A stretch of DNA of 41,058 nt from Patescibacteria group bacterium (GTDB taxonomy: Bacteria; Patescibacteriota; Gracilibacteria; BD1-5; UBA2023), in contig JAVHPT010000030.1 of assembly GCA_036170735.1 (NCBI GenBank), forward strand, positions 1 to 41,058. Direction: 5' to 3'. The notes under the pieces were generated by a model. It ran no database searches. It was given only the letters and a program-made list of their open reading frames with translations, and was not told the DNA's origin. Positions 21,510 through 33,789 of this stretch are shown here, piece by piece (the first letter of the stretch is position 1; each line of letters begins with the position of its first letter). The position numbers and the translations under genes were made by a program.

Positions 21510-21819
21510 ATGCCAAAAGAAATGTTCAGAAGATCTATTAAACATAGTATATTCCAGCCTATCTATCATCCAAAGGCTAGAAGTCGAGGTACTTGTAGTG
21601 ACACTTATCCTTATTATTGGGAGCATAGTATACCACTATCTCAAAGGTTGGAGATTCCTTGATTCACTCTATTTCTCTTCTACTACTCTTGCTGCGGTGG
21701 GATATGGGTATTTTTATCCAAAAACAGATGCAGGGAAGATATTTACTATCTTCTACCAATTTATTGGTATCCCATTCTTCGTTTATACAACATCACTCTT
21801 TATATCAAAGAATTTGTAA
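21510..21819 (+). CDS. Second small potassium-channel-family protein; 5' end uncertain, possibly frameshifted
   Basis: GWRFLDSLYFSSTTLAAVGYGYFYPKTDAGKIFTIFY. ATG 21510 is out of frame with the channel body; an in-frame GTG lies at 21598. Confidence 0.7.
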
Positions 21820-21837
21820 GAAATCTGAGATTTTCTT

Positions 21838-21885
21838 TTGCTTTTTTTTCCTTTTAGATACAATTAAATTCACCATATATAGTAC
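21838..21885 (+). promoter_or_regulatory. nrdB promoter with NrdR-like box
   Basis: TTGCTT-N15-TACAAT (21838-64), then TCACCATATATAGTAC (21870-85). Confidence 0.7.
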
Positions 21886-21896
21886 CATATCAACCT

Positions 21897-22955
21897 ATGC
21901 TTACACAAGATGACGGGGATCCAGTTCAGAGAAATCCTATATTCAATCCAGCCGGAAATGATGCTATTTCTGCGCGTACTATCATCAAGGGTTCCACGAC
22001 AGGAATCTTTAATCTCAATGATGTAAAATATACATGGGCAAAAGCCATGTATCAAGTGATGATTGGAAATTTTTGGGTACCAGAAAAAGTTTCTGGCCTC
22101 AAAGACGATCAACGTGACTTTCACAGTGTTCTCACGGCTGATGAGCAGCGAGCTTACAAGGGAATCCTTTCGTTTCTTATTTTCTTGGACTCTATCCAGA
22201 CAGTGAATCTGCCAAACTTCTCTGACTATATCACAAGTCCAGAGGTCAATCTGATCCTAGCGATCCAGACATATCAAGAGTCTATCCACTCGCAATCCTA
22301 TGCGACGATTCTTGAGACTGTCGTTAGTTCCGAAGATCGTGATGCTATCTACTATTACTGGCGAGAAGATAAGATTCTCCTGAACCGCAATGCCTATATT
22401 GGACAGATCTACCAAGACTTTATCAATAATCCAACAGATTACACCTTCTTCCGCGGAATTGTCGCAAACTTCCTTCTCGAATCCCTCTATTTCTACAATG
22501 GATTTGCGTTTTTCGATACCCTCGTCGACCATATGAAGATGCCAGCAACTGGACGCATGATCGCTTTTATTCGTCGCGATGAACTCACTCATGTGACTCT
22601 TTTTACTAATATCATCAAGGAAATCAGAAGAGAGTTTCCTGATGTATACGATGAGAAACTCCTTCGTGAAATGTTCGAGACAGCAGTAGACCAAGAGATC
22701 GAATGGTCGAAGCATATCCTCGGAAACAAGATTCCAGGAATAAATGGAGAAACAACAGAATGATACACTCGCTGGCTTGCCAATCAGCGTCTCTCAATGC
22801 TCGGGATTGAGCCACTTTATCCTGAAGCGATCGTTAACCCATACAAGCACCTTGACCGTCTCCAAGATCCCAATGCAGACAAAGGAAACTTCTTCGAAAC
22901 AACCGTAATCAACTATACCCAATCATCAAATATGGCAGGAACCTGGGATTTTTAA
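21897..22955 (+). CDS. nrdB: Class I ribonucleotide reductase beta subunit
   Basis: FWVPE, FLDSIQ, QESIHSQSY (radical Tyr), LLESLYFYNGF, RDELTH and C-terminal NFFET.V.NY. Confidence 0.96.
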
Positions 22956-22987
22956 GTTCTGACTCTTTATTTCTTCATTTTATTCCT

Positions 22988-23329
22988 ATGAATGAATCTA
23001 GATTTAGCGATGTACTACATGCTATTGAGGACTTAGCTCTCAAACTTTCTCCTCGAGGAAAGCAGCTTATTGCTGCTCTTCGTGCAAGAATACATAGCAT
23101 AGAAATGAGTTCCTGATCTAGGCTCCAGAGTGGCATCTCACTTGATGAGGAGATAATACAAGAGCTTGCTAGTCCCGAGATTACTACCATTCCTTGAAAA
23201 CGAGAACAAATACGATTTGCTGTTGCACGTATAATTGGTAGACATCTCTTCAGTGGAAAAGGTGTTCATACATCTGATATCCAGCATCTTCTTGCTCATT
23301 ATCCTAAGCGCAAAATGGTTTATATCTAA
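22988..23329 (+). CDS. Hypothetical protein
   Basis: 113-aa open frame with TGA=Gly (MNESRFSDVLHAIEDLAL...), followed by a terminator. Confidence 0.55.
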
Positions 23330-23343
23330 AAAATGGCTTCTAT

Positions 23344-23375
23344 AAAAAAACTCCGAGAGAATCCTGGAGTTTTTT
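23344..23375. terminator. Bidirectional terminator
   Basis: AAAAAAACTCC-GAGAGAATCCT-GGAGTTTTTT between convergent ORFs. Confidence 0.75.
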
Positions 23376-23389
23376 ACTATTTCTATGAA

Positions 23390-23557
23390 TTATACATTCA
23401 TAGAGGCATCCATGTAGGCAATGATATCTTGGTTAACTGGTTCTTGGAAATTACTTACCCAACCAGTTACCATGAGTGCAAAAAGGAGAAATGATACCAT
23501 GTGTCCACGTTTTTGAATGTACTCACGTGAAGACTGAAGATCTGTCTTGATTTTCAT
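23390..23557 (-). CDS. Small single-TM hypothetical protein
   Basis: MKIKTDLQSSREYIQKRGHMVSFLLFALMVTGWVS..., ending at the terminator. Confidence 0.5.
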   Translation of the reverse strand: MKIKTDLQSSREYIQKRGHMVSFLLFALMVTGWVSNFQEPVNQDIIAYMDASMNV

Positions 23558-23784
23558 AAGAAAAAAGATTAGAGAAGTAAAGTACTTTTCTAGAATAGCA
23601 GGTTTTCTTGGAATTTGCAAATATTTGAATGTATTTTGTAAACATGTTTATCTGAACACGATAAATCTTTGCATTTTTCGGAAAGTCATATCGCTTTGGT
23701 GATACAAGACACCGTCCATTCCACTATAAAATATAACTGCTGTTTTTACTTGTTTTCTTCCCCTTTTTCTATATGCTACACGTC

Positions 23785-25671
23785 ATGAGTAAGCCAACCT
23801 CCATTCGCAACTTTTGTATCATTGCCCATATAGACCACGGAAAGTCTACACTTGCAGATCGTCTCATGGAGATTACTGGGACACTTGCGAAACGCGAGAT
23901 GCAGTCCCAGACTCTCGACCAGATGGATCTCGAACGTGAACGAGGAATTACTATTAAGCTCACTCCAGTTCGTATGGAGTGGAAGTGAATCGAACTCAAC
24001 CTCATCGATACTCCAGGACATGTTGACTTCCAATATGAAGTATCTCGTTCACTCGCATCTGTCGAATGAGCAATACTCGTCGTTGATGCTACCCAAGGGA
24101 TCGAGGCACAGACACTCTCGAATGTCTATCTCGCGATAGAGAATGATCTTACTATCATACCAGTCCTCAATAAGATCGACCTTCCGAGCGCTGATGTCGA
24201 ACGAGTCGGTGAAGAGGTTATTAATCTTCTTGGTTGCAAACGCGAAGATATTATTTGTGTGTCTGCCAAGACAGGAGTTAATGTTGAAGCAATTCTCGAA
24301 GAAGTTATCAGACTCATCCCTGAACCAAAGAAACTCGATAGAGAGTCCAATCTCGTCACAGATTATGGAGATCTTTATCTAACATCATGAGTCACCAAGG
24401 CTCTTATTTTCGATTCACAATACGATCCCTACAAAGGTGTCGTTGTCTATCTGAAGCTCTTTTTATGAGAGATAAGAAAATGAGATAAACTCGAATTCAT
24501 CAATACTGGAGCACAGGTAGAGGCACTTGAAGTTGGATGCTTTCGTCCAAAATATTCACCAACAGAAGCACTCTATGAAGGAGAGATTGGATATGTTGTG
24601 ACGGGACTCAAGTCAATTGCTGAAGCGAGAGTTGGGGATACTGTATTCTCAGGAGCTCCTGAATACAGGCACCCAATCAAAGGATTTAAAAAGATAACTC
24701 CATATATCTATGCTGGTATTTTTCCTGTTGAGACTGATGAATATCCAAAGATGAAAGACGCTATAGAAAAACTAATGCTTAATGATTCATCACTTGTGAT
24801 TGAACATGAAGCGTCTCCTGCACTTGGGTATGGTTTCCGCTGCGGATTCCTCGGACTCTTGCATCTTGACATTGTGAAGGAACGTCTCTGGCGTGAATAT
24901 GATATAGATGTCATCATCACGAGTCCACAAGTAACTTACAAGGTTCTTATCGGAGGGAACAAGGTCGCAGACTATCCACGTGCGAGAGGTGAACTCATTG
25001 AACATGATGGACGAGCTTGCACTTATCTCTATATCTCCAATCCTGAGGATCTTCCGAAACCTGGAACCTATATCCATATTGAAGAGCCTATCGCCAAAGT
25101 TGAGATGATCACACCGAACGAGTATATAGGAAATCTTATGAGGCTTGCCCAAGAGCGTAGGGGTGTATTCAAAAATCAAACCAATCTTGATGCCAATCGT
25201 ATCATCCTCCATTATGAGATCCCAATGAGCGAACTCGTTGGTAACTATTATGATGATCTGAAGTCACTCTCCTCTGGATATGCGAGTCTACACTATGAGC
25301 CGATTCGGTTCAAACAAGATGATATCGTCAAGATGGATATCCGAGTAGCTAGTGATATAATCGAGGCATTTTCCATGATGGCGCATCGAGGTCGAACTCG
25401 GTATCTCGGTGGTCGTATCTGCGAGAAGCTGAAGGAAAATATCCCAAAAGCCCAGTTCGCCATCGCAATCCAAGCGGTTGTTGGCACCGATGTTGTTGCT
25501 CGAGAAGATATCTCTGCACTTAGGAAAGATGTCACTGCCAAGCTCTATGGAGGTGATATTACCCGAAAGCGCAAGCTCCTTGAGAAGCAAAAAGAAGGAA
25601 AGAAAAAGATGAAACAATTTGGACGGGTCTCTATCCCAAGCGAGACGTTTGTGAATATACTAAAAAAATAG
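23785..25671 (+). CDS. lepA: Elongation factor 4
   Basis: [43 protein letters not shown] and [32 protein letters not shown]. Confidence 0.98.
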
Positions 25672-25675
25672 CACA

Positions 25676-26524
25676 ATGCTTGAATTTTTTACACCATTTC
25701 TCACTTGGATTCAGGAAGAATATTTTATCCTTCTTATTATTCTAGTGGCCCTCTTCATCGAGATAACCTCACGAAAGATCAAGAAACGACTCAAGAAAAG
25801 TATTTTTTCGCAATACGATCAATCAACCAATCCAAAGCATGCAGAATACTACCTTGAATATTATCGAAAAAGTCAGGTCATCGATATTGTTCGTGTTCTC
25901 TCAGTTATCGTTGCTGGAGCTTTCCTTCTCGCAAGCAAAACAAGTACTGGTGCGAATTTCTTCGTGATTGCTGCTGGTGCACTCATTATTACATTTAAGG
26001 ATTTCCTCCTTTCAATTCTTGCATTCTTTTTCACTCTTCCACAATACAAAATCGGTGATACGATAGCCATCAGTGATATTCAAGGACAGATTATCTTTAT
26101 TCGGATGTTTTCTATAGGACTTCTTGGAAAAGATTGTGATAGTGATAGTACGGGCAGACTCTTCGTAATTCCAAGTCAAAAATTCCTCACAGAGATAATC
26201 CGAAAAGAAGACCTACATACAAATAGCATCAAAAAGGAGATTCTCAAGGTCCCATTCAAGCAACAAGACTTTTCTGTAGATTTTGTAACATTTTTGAGAG
26301 AGTTAGAGTGATTCTTAGATACATTTCTTCCTGTTATCAATAGAAAAAATAGCGGGAATTTTCAGACCTATATCGGACATAAGTACAAGATAGATATTGA
26401 TTACCTTGAAGATAAGTGTATCATAATAACCATAGAGATTATTGGAAAATGGGAACAAAGTGTAGAAAATAAGAGAAAAATCGTTGAATTCGTTGAATGA
26501 TACCGGACTCATTTGATGAAATAG
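25676..26524 (+). CDS. MscS-family mechanosensitive channel-like protein
   Basis: N-terminal TMs, FKDFLLSI, YKIGDTI.I..IQGQI..I and IPSQKFL. Extends past TGA to TAG at 26522. Confidence 0.75.
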
Positions 26525-26564
26525 TCCATTCTTTCGTTTCTTATCCTTTCTTCTTTATCTTATT

Positions 26565-27470
26565 ATGCGACATCTTATATCTGCCAAACAATTCTCTCGT
26601 TCTGATCTTGAATACCTAATGTCTGAAGCCTGAAAGATGGATATTATCCTGAGTAAATGAGGAAGCCGTATATTCGATGAAAAAATCATGGCGACACTTT
26701 TTTATGAACCTTCCACTCGTACGAGACTCTCGTTTGAGACCGCGATGCTCAGGCTTGGAGGAAAAGTTATATCAGAAACGGATGTTACTTTTTCTAGTCA
26801 GTCAAAGGGAGAAATACTCGCCGATATGATTCGTATCGTATCAGGATATGCCGATATCATTGCTATCCGATCAAAGAATACTGGGGATGCCCTCCTTGCA
26901 AGTCAGTATTCGAGCGTTCCAATAATCAATGCTGGAGATGGATCTGGAGAACACCCGACCCAATCACTTCTTGATCTCTACACCATAACAAAAGAATTCC
27001 CGCAGATATTCCAAGACGTACCAATGAAGGTAACTTTTATTGGAGATCTTCGTTATGGACGGACGGTTCACTCGCTTTCTCTATTATTACGTAACTTTCC
27101 GAATGTATCAATTTCCTTTATAGCACCAGAAAATCTCAATATTCCCGAAGAGTATAGAAGAGGAGAGGATTTCATTGCAGATAATCTCTCTGACAACCTC
27201 CTTTCCACAAGTGACGTTATCTATATGACACGCGTTCAGAAGGAGCGATTTCCAAATATTGAATCTTATGAGATTGTAAAGGATACTTTTATATTTGATG
27301 CGGAAACAGTAGGGAAAATGCATCCGAAAGCTATCCTCATGCATCCCCTTCCAAGGATAAATGAAATCACACTAGAGGTTGACTCTCTTCCACAGGCCCG
27401 ATATTTTGAACAAGCACAAAATGGTATCCCAATGAGAATGGCGCTTATTAATTATTGTCTTGAAGGGTAA
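26565..27470 (+). CDS. pyrB: Aspartate carbamoyltransferase catalytic subunit
   Basis: FYEPSTRTRLSFE, INAGDG..EHPTQ.LLD, GDLRYGRTVHS, YMTRVQKER and MHPLPR. Confidence 0.96.
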
Positions 27471-27515
27471 AAAAACTCCTTTTGCTTTTTCGGTACTTTC
27501 TCTATAATAAAACGC

Positions 27516-29687
27516 ATGGCAAAAAGAAAATCATCATCAAGACACCCATTTTTTACGGTAGAATTTCAAAACATTCTTGCTGGAGGTATTCTCATTATTC
27601 TCGGAATGCTCATGTTCCTCTCAACAAAGGAAACTTCTGTTGTTGGAGCATATTTTTCTCGTGCAGGACTTTTTCTTTTCGGGGATTATTATCGATTCAT
27701 ATTTTCTCCGATATTGATTACTCTTGGAATGATGATTATCGTAAAGAAGGCCACTTGGTCAGTCTGGCGTTTCCTCTGAGTTGTCTTGTTTTTCATAGCA
27801 GCCACTTCTTTGGTTGGTTGGTACAAGAAAACAACCGTCTGATACCTTGATATATATGCACTTTTCGAGAATTTTATGTGACCTTCAAGTGCATTTCTCA
27901 CACTTATTATGATACTTTTTACATCACTCTATCTCACTCTTCGCATATCTTATAGGACTATCCTATCAAAAGTACGGGATTCTGTTCCTTCTTTTTCTTC
28001 CATGCGCGAGGCAATGATGCAGGATGATGAAGAGAAGGTTATCCCCGTAAAGAAGGCAAAACTCGATAGCGAACACAAGAAAAAAGCTCTAGAACTCGAG
28101 AAGAAACTCGCAGAACTACAGAAACAAAAAACGCCATATGAAAAAACGCCAATGAAGAAAGTATGAATTGTCGGAAATGTCATGTCATCACTCTCTACCA
28201 AAAAGATTCCCCTTGAGACTATGGATGGCCAGAGGATCGAACAGAGGTGACCAGCAAAATCTGTGAGCTTCTGAGAGTGGGATTTCCCAAGTGTGAAGCT
28301 CCTCAATGAGGTTATACATAAGAATATGGTAAGTCCTGATGAGGTGGAAGAAAAATCTCTCATGATACAGAAGACCTTTCTCCAGTTCGGTATCGATGTA
28401 GATATGGAGGATGAATGCATTGGGCCAACGGTAATCCAATATCGACTCCGGCCAGCAGAAGGCGTTCGTCTCGCCAAGATCGAAGCCCTCAAAAAAGATC
28501 TCACCCTCACTCTCAAGGCAAAATCTATCCGTATCCAGGCACCGATTCCAGGTCTTGGACTCGTTGGTATCGAAGTTCCAAATGAAAAGCGAGATATTGT
28601 TGGGATTCGTGAAGTACTTTCTGATGATGGTTTCATGCATCACAAGTCAAAACTCGCGCTTGCAATAGGAAAGGATATTAATGGTGAATTTATCGTGGGT
28701 GATCTTGCTAAGATGCCGCATCTTCTAATCGCTGGACAAACCGGATCTGGAAAGTCAGTGGGAATGAATGGTTTCATCCTCTCGCTCCTCTATAAAAATA
28801 CCCCGAGCGATCTCCGAATGATCATGATCGACCCAAAACAAGTCGAACTTGGTATCTATGATGGTATTCCTCATCTTCTGACTCCAGTAATCAATAGTCC
28901 CGAAAAGGCTCTGAATGCGCTCAAATGGTGAGTTGCAGAGATGGAACGACGATATAGTACTCTCAAGCCGATGAATGTCCGAAATCTCGAAGAGTACAAT
29001 GCAAAAGTACAATCAAAGGATCGTATGCCAGCTATTGTCATCATTATCGATGAGCTCGCTGATCTCATGATGAGTGGAAACAAGAAAGAAGTAGAATCAG
29101 CTATCACTCGTATTGCGCAGAAGGCTCGTGCTGTTGGCCTTCATATGATCCTCGCAACTCAGCGTCCATCGGTTGATGTTATCACTGGGCTTATCAAAGC
29201 AAATATCCCTTCACGAATTGCATTCACTGTTGCATCTGGTATTGATTCTCGCACTATCCTAGATAACTATTGAGCCGAAGATCTCCTGGGTCGTGGTGAT
29301 ATGCTCTACTTTCCAACTGGTGCTATGGCATCAACTCGTATCCAATGAGTCCTCGTTGAGACAGATGAAGTAGAACATATCGTGAATCACATCAAGCGGA
29401 CGATTGATCCTGCAATGCTCGAAGAGATGTATGATAAATCCATTGTCGAATGAGATAGAGGAAACTATGAATGATCTGCGTATGGAGGAGATTATGGAGA
29501 TGAGGATCCAAAAATCGTCGAAGAAGCTATTATGCTCGTCCGTTCAAATGGTAAATGTTCAACAAGCATGCTCCAAAGGCACTTAAAGCTCGGATATGGC
29601 CGAGCTGCTCGAGTGGTAGATATGCTTGAGGCTATGGGAATCGTCGGCCCAGCTGATGGATCAAAGCCGAGAGAAGTGATCGGTTAA
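27516..29687 (+). CDS. ftsK: DNA translocase FtsK/SpoIIIE
   Basis: N-terminal TMs, [42 protein letters not shown] and gamma domain [10 protein letters not shown]. Confidence 0.96.
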
Positions 29688-29723
29688 AGATATCCTTTTA
29701 CGATGTTGCAAGAAAGATTATAT

Positions 29724-30590
29724 TTATACTCCAGTATCTCAGACACGACGCCTAACATCAACTAACAATTTCCCCGTATAATCCGGTTTTACCCTTCGAT
29801 TCCAGGTATCATCATGTCGCTCAGATCGAGCTCAAGCCTTTCCTCTCTTCATAGCATCTACCATATCCCGAATTTCTTTTATATGAAGTAATATCTTCTC
29901 TAATCCAAGGTCATGGTATGGGTTGATCTCTACTACATTTTCTCGTCGTAAGCTCGACCTATTCCTACTCGATCTAAAAGAAAAATCATCAAATACTTTA
30001 TCAAGCATAAATATCCAATCTAGATGTTTTCATTCCTCCGTGTTGGCTTGTGATTCGATGAGATACAGTCGTACTTGAAGCTTCATAAACTCAATACAAA
30101 CAAGTCAAAATATAGCACGAGTAGCAGGACTTGCTTGATTCATTTCTCATTTTAATGCCTCATAGGCAATCTTTAGGGCATGAATCTGTGCATGATATGT
30201 ATGTAAAACTGGAATTAGCTTATTATGTTCTGACCTCACAGAAGAGATTAACCCATCATAAAAGTCAATTACTGACTGTGGATCCGTAATTCACAGATAT
30301 TGCTGAAGTTGAAATTGATACTCAGCAAATTCCTTCTGAGCTTTGATATCATTCTCTGGGAAGTTTGGCTTAAAATACCTGCCAGCAAGAGCAACTATTC
30401 CAACTTCTTCCGGAGTAAGTGCTTTCCTCTCAATACTTCATTTTCCATTTTCATACCTTGCCTTCATTCGAGTAAAGGTACCATTTACATACTCATATCA
30501 CCAGTCCGCTATTTGACCTAAATATTGGTGAATATTTCCTCTTTCTGTCCTTTCTGCTAGTGCTAGCGTTGGTCCATCAGTTATTTTCAT
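29724..30590 (-). CDS. Hypothetical protein (288 aa)
   Basis: Open frame only with TGA=Gly (MKITDGPTLALAERTERGNIHQYLG...GDTGV*). It fills the gap between ftsK and map; no motif recognised. Confidence 0.7.
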
Positions 30591-30673
30591 ATGTAATATA
30601 TATTAATTGTCAACTCTTGAAATATATATATTTCCTCATATACTGCAAATGTTTTTAGAAAAATCTTATTTTT

Positions 30674-31450
30674 ATGTCAAAAATCCTCATCAAAACCCCA
30701 GAACAGATAGCATGAATCCGTAAAGCAGGAAGGCTCACCGCTATGACGCTTGATATGATCTGACAATATGTCAGACCAGGGATCTCAACGCTTGAGCTCG
30801 ATCAGATCATGGATACTTTTATCCTCTCAAATGGGGGTGTTTCTGCTTGTATCGATTACAAGTGAGCGAACAAATGGGGAAAATGAGGATATCCCCGCTG
30901 CACATGCATCTCTCTCAATGACGTTATCTGTCATGGAATCCCTCATGCGAATGAGTTCCTTAAAGAGTGAGATATCCTGAATATCGATGTCACAACAATC
31001 GTAGACGGATATTTCGGAGATGCTTCCCGAATGTACACTGTCGGAACTATACTAGACAAAGCGAAACATGTAATCAATGTCGCAAAACAATGCCTCGAAC
31101 TCGGAATCAAAGAAGTACGACCAGGAAACTTTTTTGGAAATATTGGTTATGCTATTAGTCAATATGCAGAATCTCATGGTTGTTCTGTTGTACGAGACTA
31201 TACCGGACATGGGGTTGGGGTGCATTTTCATGAAGAACCATATGTTTATCATAAAGCTCCAAAAAATAGCGGACCTCGTATACAGGCCGGGATGGTTTTC
31301 ACGATCGAACCGATGATTAATGTGGGAAAATATGCCTCCAAACTTGCTGACGACAACTGGACAGCTCGAACAAAAGACGGATCTCTCTCGGCACAATGGG
31401 AACACACGATCCTCGTTACTGAGAAGGGAAGTGAGATGCTAACCAAGTAA
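30674..31450 (+). CDS. map: Type I methionine aminopeptidase
   Basis: IKTPEQI.GIR.AG, CISLNDVICHGIP, DILNIDVT..DGYFGD, GHGVG..FHEEP, FTIEPMIN and SAQWEHT. Confidence 0.96.
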
Positions 31451-32172
31451 TGATGAAAATCTCTGTACTTATCATTGCTCACAATGAAGGGCTCCATATA
31501 GCAGAATGTATTGCGTCAATTCTGAATCAATCAAAGAAACCAGATGAAATAGTCGTTATTGTCCATAACTCAACCGACAAAACACTGGAAATTGTGAGAA
31601 ACTACAAAGAAGTACAGGCTATTGAGTATACTACCGAAGGAAAATGACCACACTTTGCACGAATAAAAGGCTTCGAAGTTATAAAAAATGAAATCGTCGC
31701 CTGTATTGACGGAGATGGTGTTGCTGATAAAGATTGGCTTCTAAATATCACAAAACCTCTCATGGAAGAAGATAATATCGTTGCAACTTGAGGATCTGTA
31801 AGATCCTATGATAATCCATGATGAAATCGGGCTGCATTTTGGTTCTTTCTTCAGTGACTCCCAATATTAAGAAATATATTTCACTTCTACTTCTGGTGAG
31901 CCAACTTTGCATGCAAAAAATCCGCATATCTCGCATGTGGTGGACTCGAACCACTTATAGGACTCAAGGAAGTATTACAACTCCACTATCCTGCAGAAGA
32001 CTGCTATCTCTCATCTGCGCTTGAGAAAGTATGACAAGTGTGTTATGTATCAAATACCAAAGTTACTGTTTATCCATGAGGCTTTCTCCCATGAGATAAC
32101 GAACGCTGAAAAAAGCAAAACAATGACAGGAAGAAATTATTCCGATACTTAAATATTCATTCATTCTATTAA
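31450..32172 (+). CDS. Glycosyltransferase family 2
   Basis: ISVLIIAHNE, EIVVI..NSTDKT, CIDGD, WGANFA and AED. Confidence 0.85.
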
Positions 32173-32607
32173 TGGTTCCCACCTCTCAATCTTCACTCTT
32201 GCAACTTTCACCGAGAGGAGGATTGCACCATCGATAGTTATCGCATTGAGGAGTTCTGCGGCAAATTGGAGGATCGCACCTCGTGATTCTGGAGATAGAA
32301 CAATCCGAAGACGAATCGTCTCAAGAAGGGAAGAGGCAATTCCAGTCCGCTGTGAATGTTCTCATATTCGGCGGACAAACGTCGTTACGATCGGTCAGCC
32401 TTCCATGCAATCATACATCTCGCATGAATCACAGTATCCACGATGTTTCGATCGTGTCGTATGGATACGACAACGGTTGGATATATCGAGATACCCGCAC
32501 TTATCTCACGCTGGTTTCACGAGCTTTCCTACTCCCTGATCAAATATATCATACACTCGACAGCAGAGTCCATCACACCGTTTACACATAGTTTCTCGAG
32601 AAGGCAT
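32149..32607 (-). CDS. CxxCxxCC (YkgJ-like) Fe-S/Zn-binding protein
   Basis: MCKRCDGLCC...KPAGDKC.YL...RC.IH...C.SC..YDC..GGP. Absent from the ORF track. Confidence 0.8.
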
Positions 32608-32634
32608 ATAGTCCAAAAGGGTAAAAAGTAGGAA

Positions 32635-33546
32635 CTACACAAGCTGATAATTTTCCTCCAAAGCTTTGATACGATTCTCAAGTGAGGGATGAGTTGAAAA
32701 CAAAGAGTCTGGTTCTTGAATCATAAATGCTGTCATCTTGCTGTCAGTAGGTTTTGTATGAATCAGCTTGGTTATAGACTGAAGTTTCTTAAGTCCGGCG
32801 ATCATATTCATCTTTCCAGCGAATGTTGCTCATCCAAGGTCTGCATGATACTCACGAATACGAGAGAAATACATGATAACTATCATAGCCAGGAATCCAA
32901 AGAGGAGTTGAAAGATTATATAGATAGCCTGATATACGAAGAATGACAGAGCATTTTCCTTATCATCTTGAGAGAGGGATGCAGCAACAGCACGAGCAGC
33001 AATACTTGAAAAGAATATAACAAATGTATTCATAACACCCTGAAGGAGAGTAAGCGTAACCATATCACCGTTAATAACGTGTGCCATCTCATGTCCCACC
33101 ACTCCTTCGATCTCATTTCTCTCCATTGCATGGAGAAGTCCTGTTGACACAGCGACAAGAGCACTATTTTTGGTAGCTCAAGTTGCAAAAGCATTTGGAT
33201 CGGAGGATTCATAATACCCAACTTCTGGCATTTGGATATTATTCTGCAAAGCAATACGCGAAACAATATTCCATACTACCTGAAGTTTTGCATCTTGTAC
33301 TGCGGTTTGTTGGGTTAATAATTGTATACTATATATCCTCTTTGCACTCCAACGAGAAATCCAGAGAGAGATAAACGAACCAAGAAATCAGAATAGAGCA
33401 GCATAAATAAGAAGTGGAATCATACCTCCACCCATATTTTGGAGTCCTGGAAAGAAGTATCCAATAATAGCAAAGACAACACTCAAAAGAAAAAGAACAG
33501 CAATATTGGTCAAGAAAAAGAAAAATATACGTTTAATAAATTGCAT
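32635..33546 (-). CDS. htpX: Protease HtpX (M48 family)
   Basis: FFLTNIAV, PNAFATG, VAVSTGLL, HEMAH..NGDMVT.TL.QG, FSR.REY.AD and FSTHP. Confidence 0.96.
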
Positions 33547-33726
33547 AAAATGATGAATAAGTACTAATAAGGAGGTACCTGATGACTCAATAAATACAGA
33601 TACGTTAGACATTATAATCATTTCTGGCTAAGTGCAATATCTTTTAGATAATATTCTGTGGAAAATCATTATTTTTCAGTTCTTGCGAGAGCTAAGAACA
33701 ATCTTAAAACAAAGTTAAACTTTGAC

Positions 33727-33787
33727 TTGAAATAAACTAAACTATTCCTACAATACATACCGTTCTTACTTTTCTAACTTTTTATAC
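33727..33787 (+). promoter_or_regulatory. Promoter overlapped by a five-copy, 9-bp-period repeat array (putative AbrB operator)
   Basis: TTGAAA-N16-TACAAT, with TTCCTAC/TACATAC/TTCTTAC/TTCTAAC/TTTATAC at 33745, 33754, 33763, 33772 and 33781. Confidence 0.6.
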
Positions 33788-33789
33788 AT

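Noticed and set aside
21897-22955. Metal-free class Ie or Tyr-less class Ic RNR beta subunit
   Set aside because: All D/E/H ligands and the radical Tyr (QESIHSQSY) are present.
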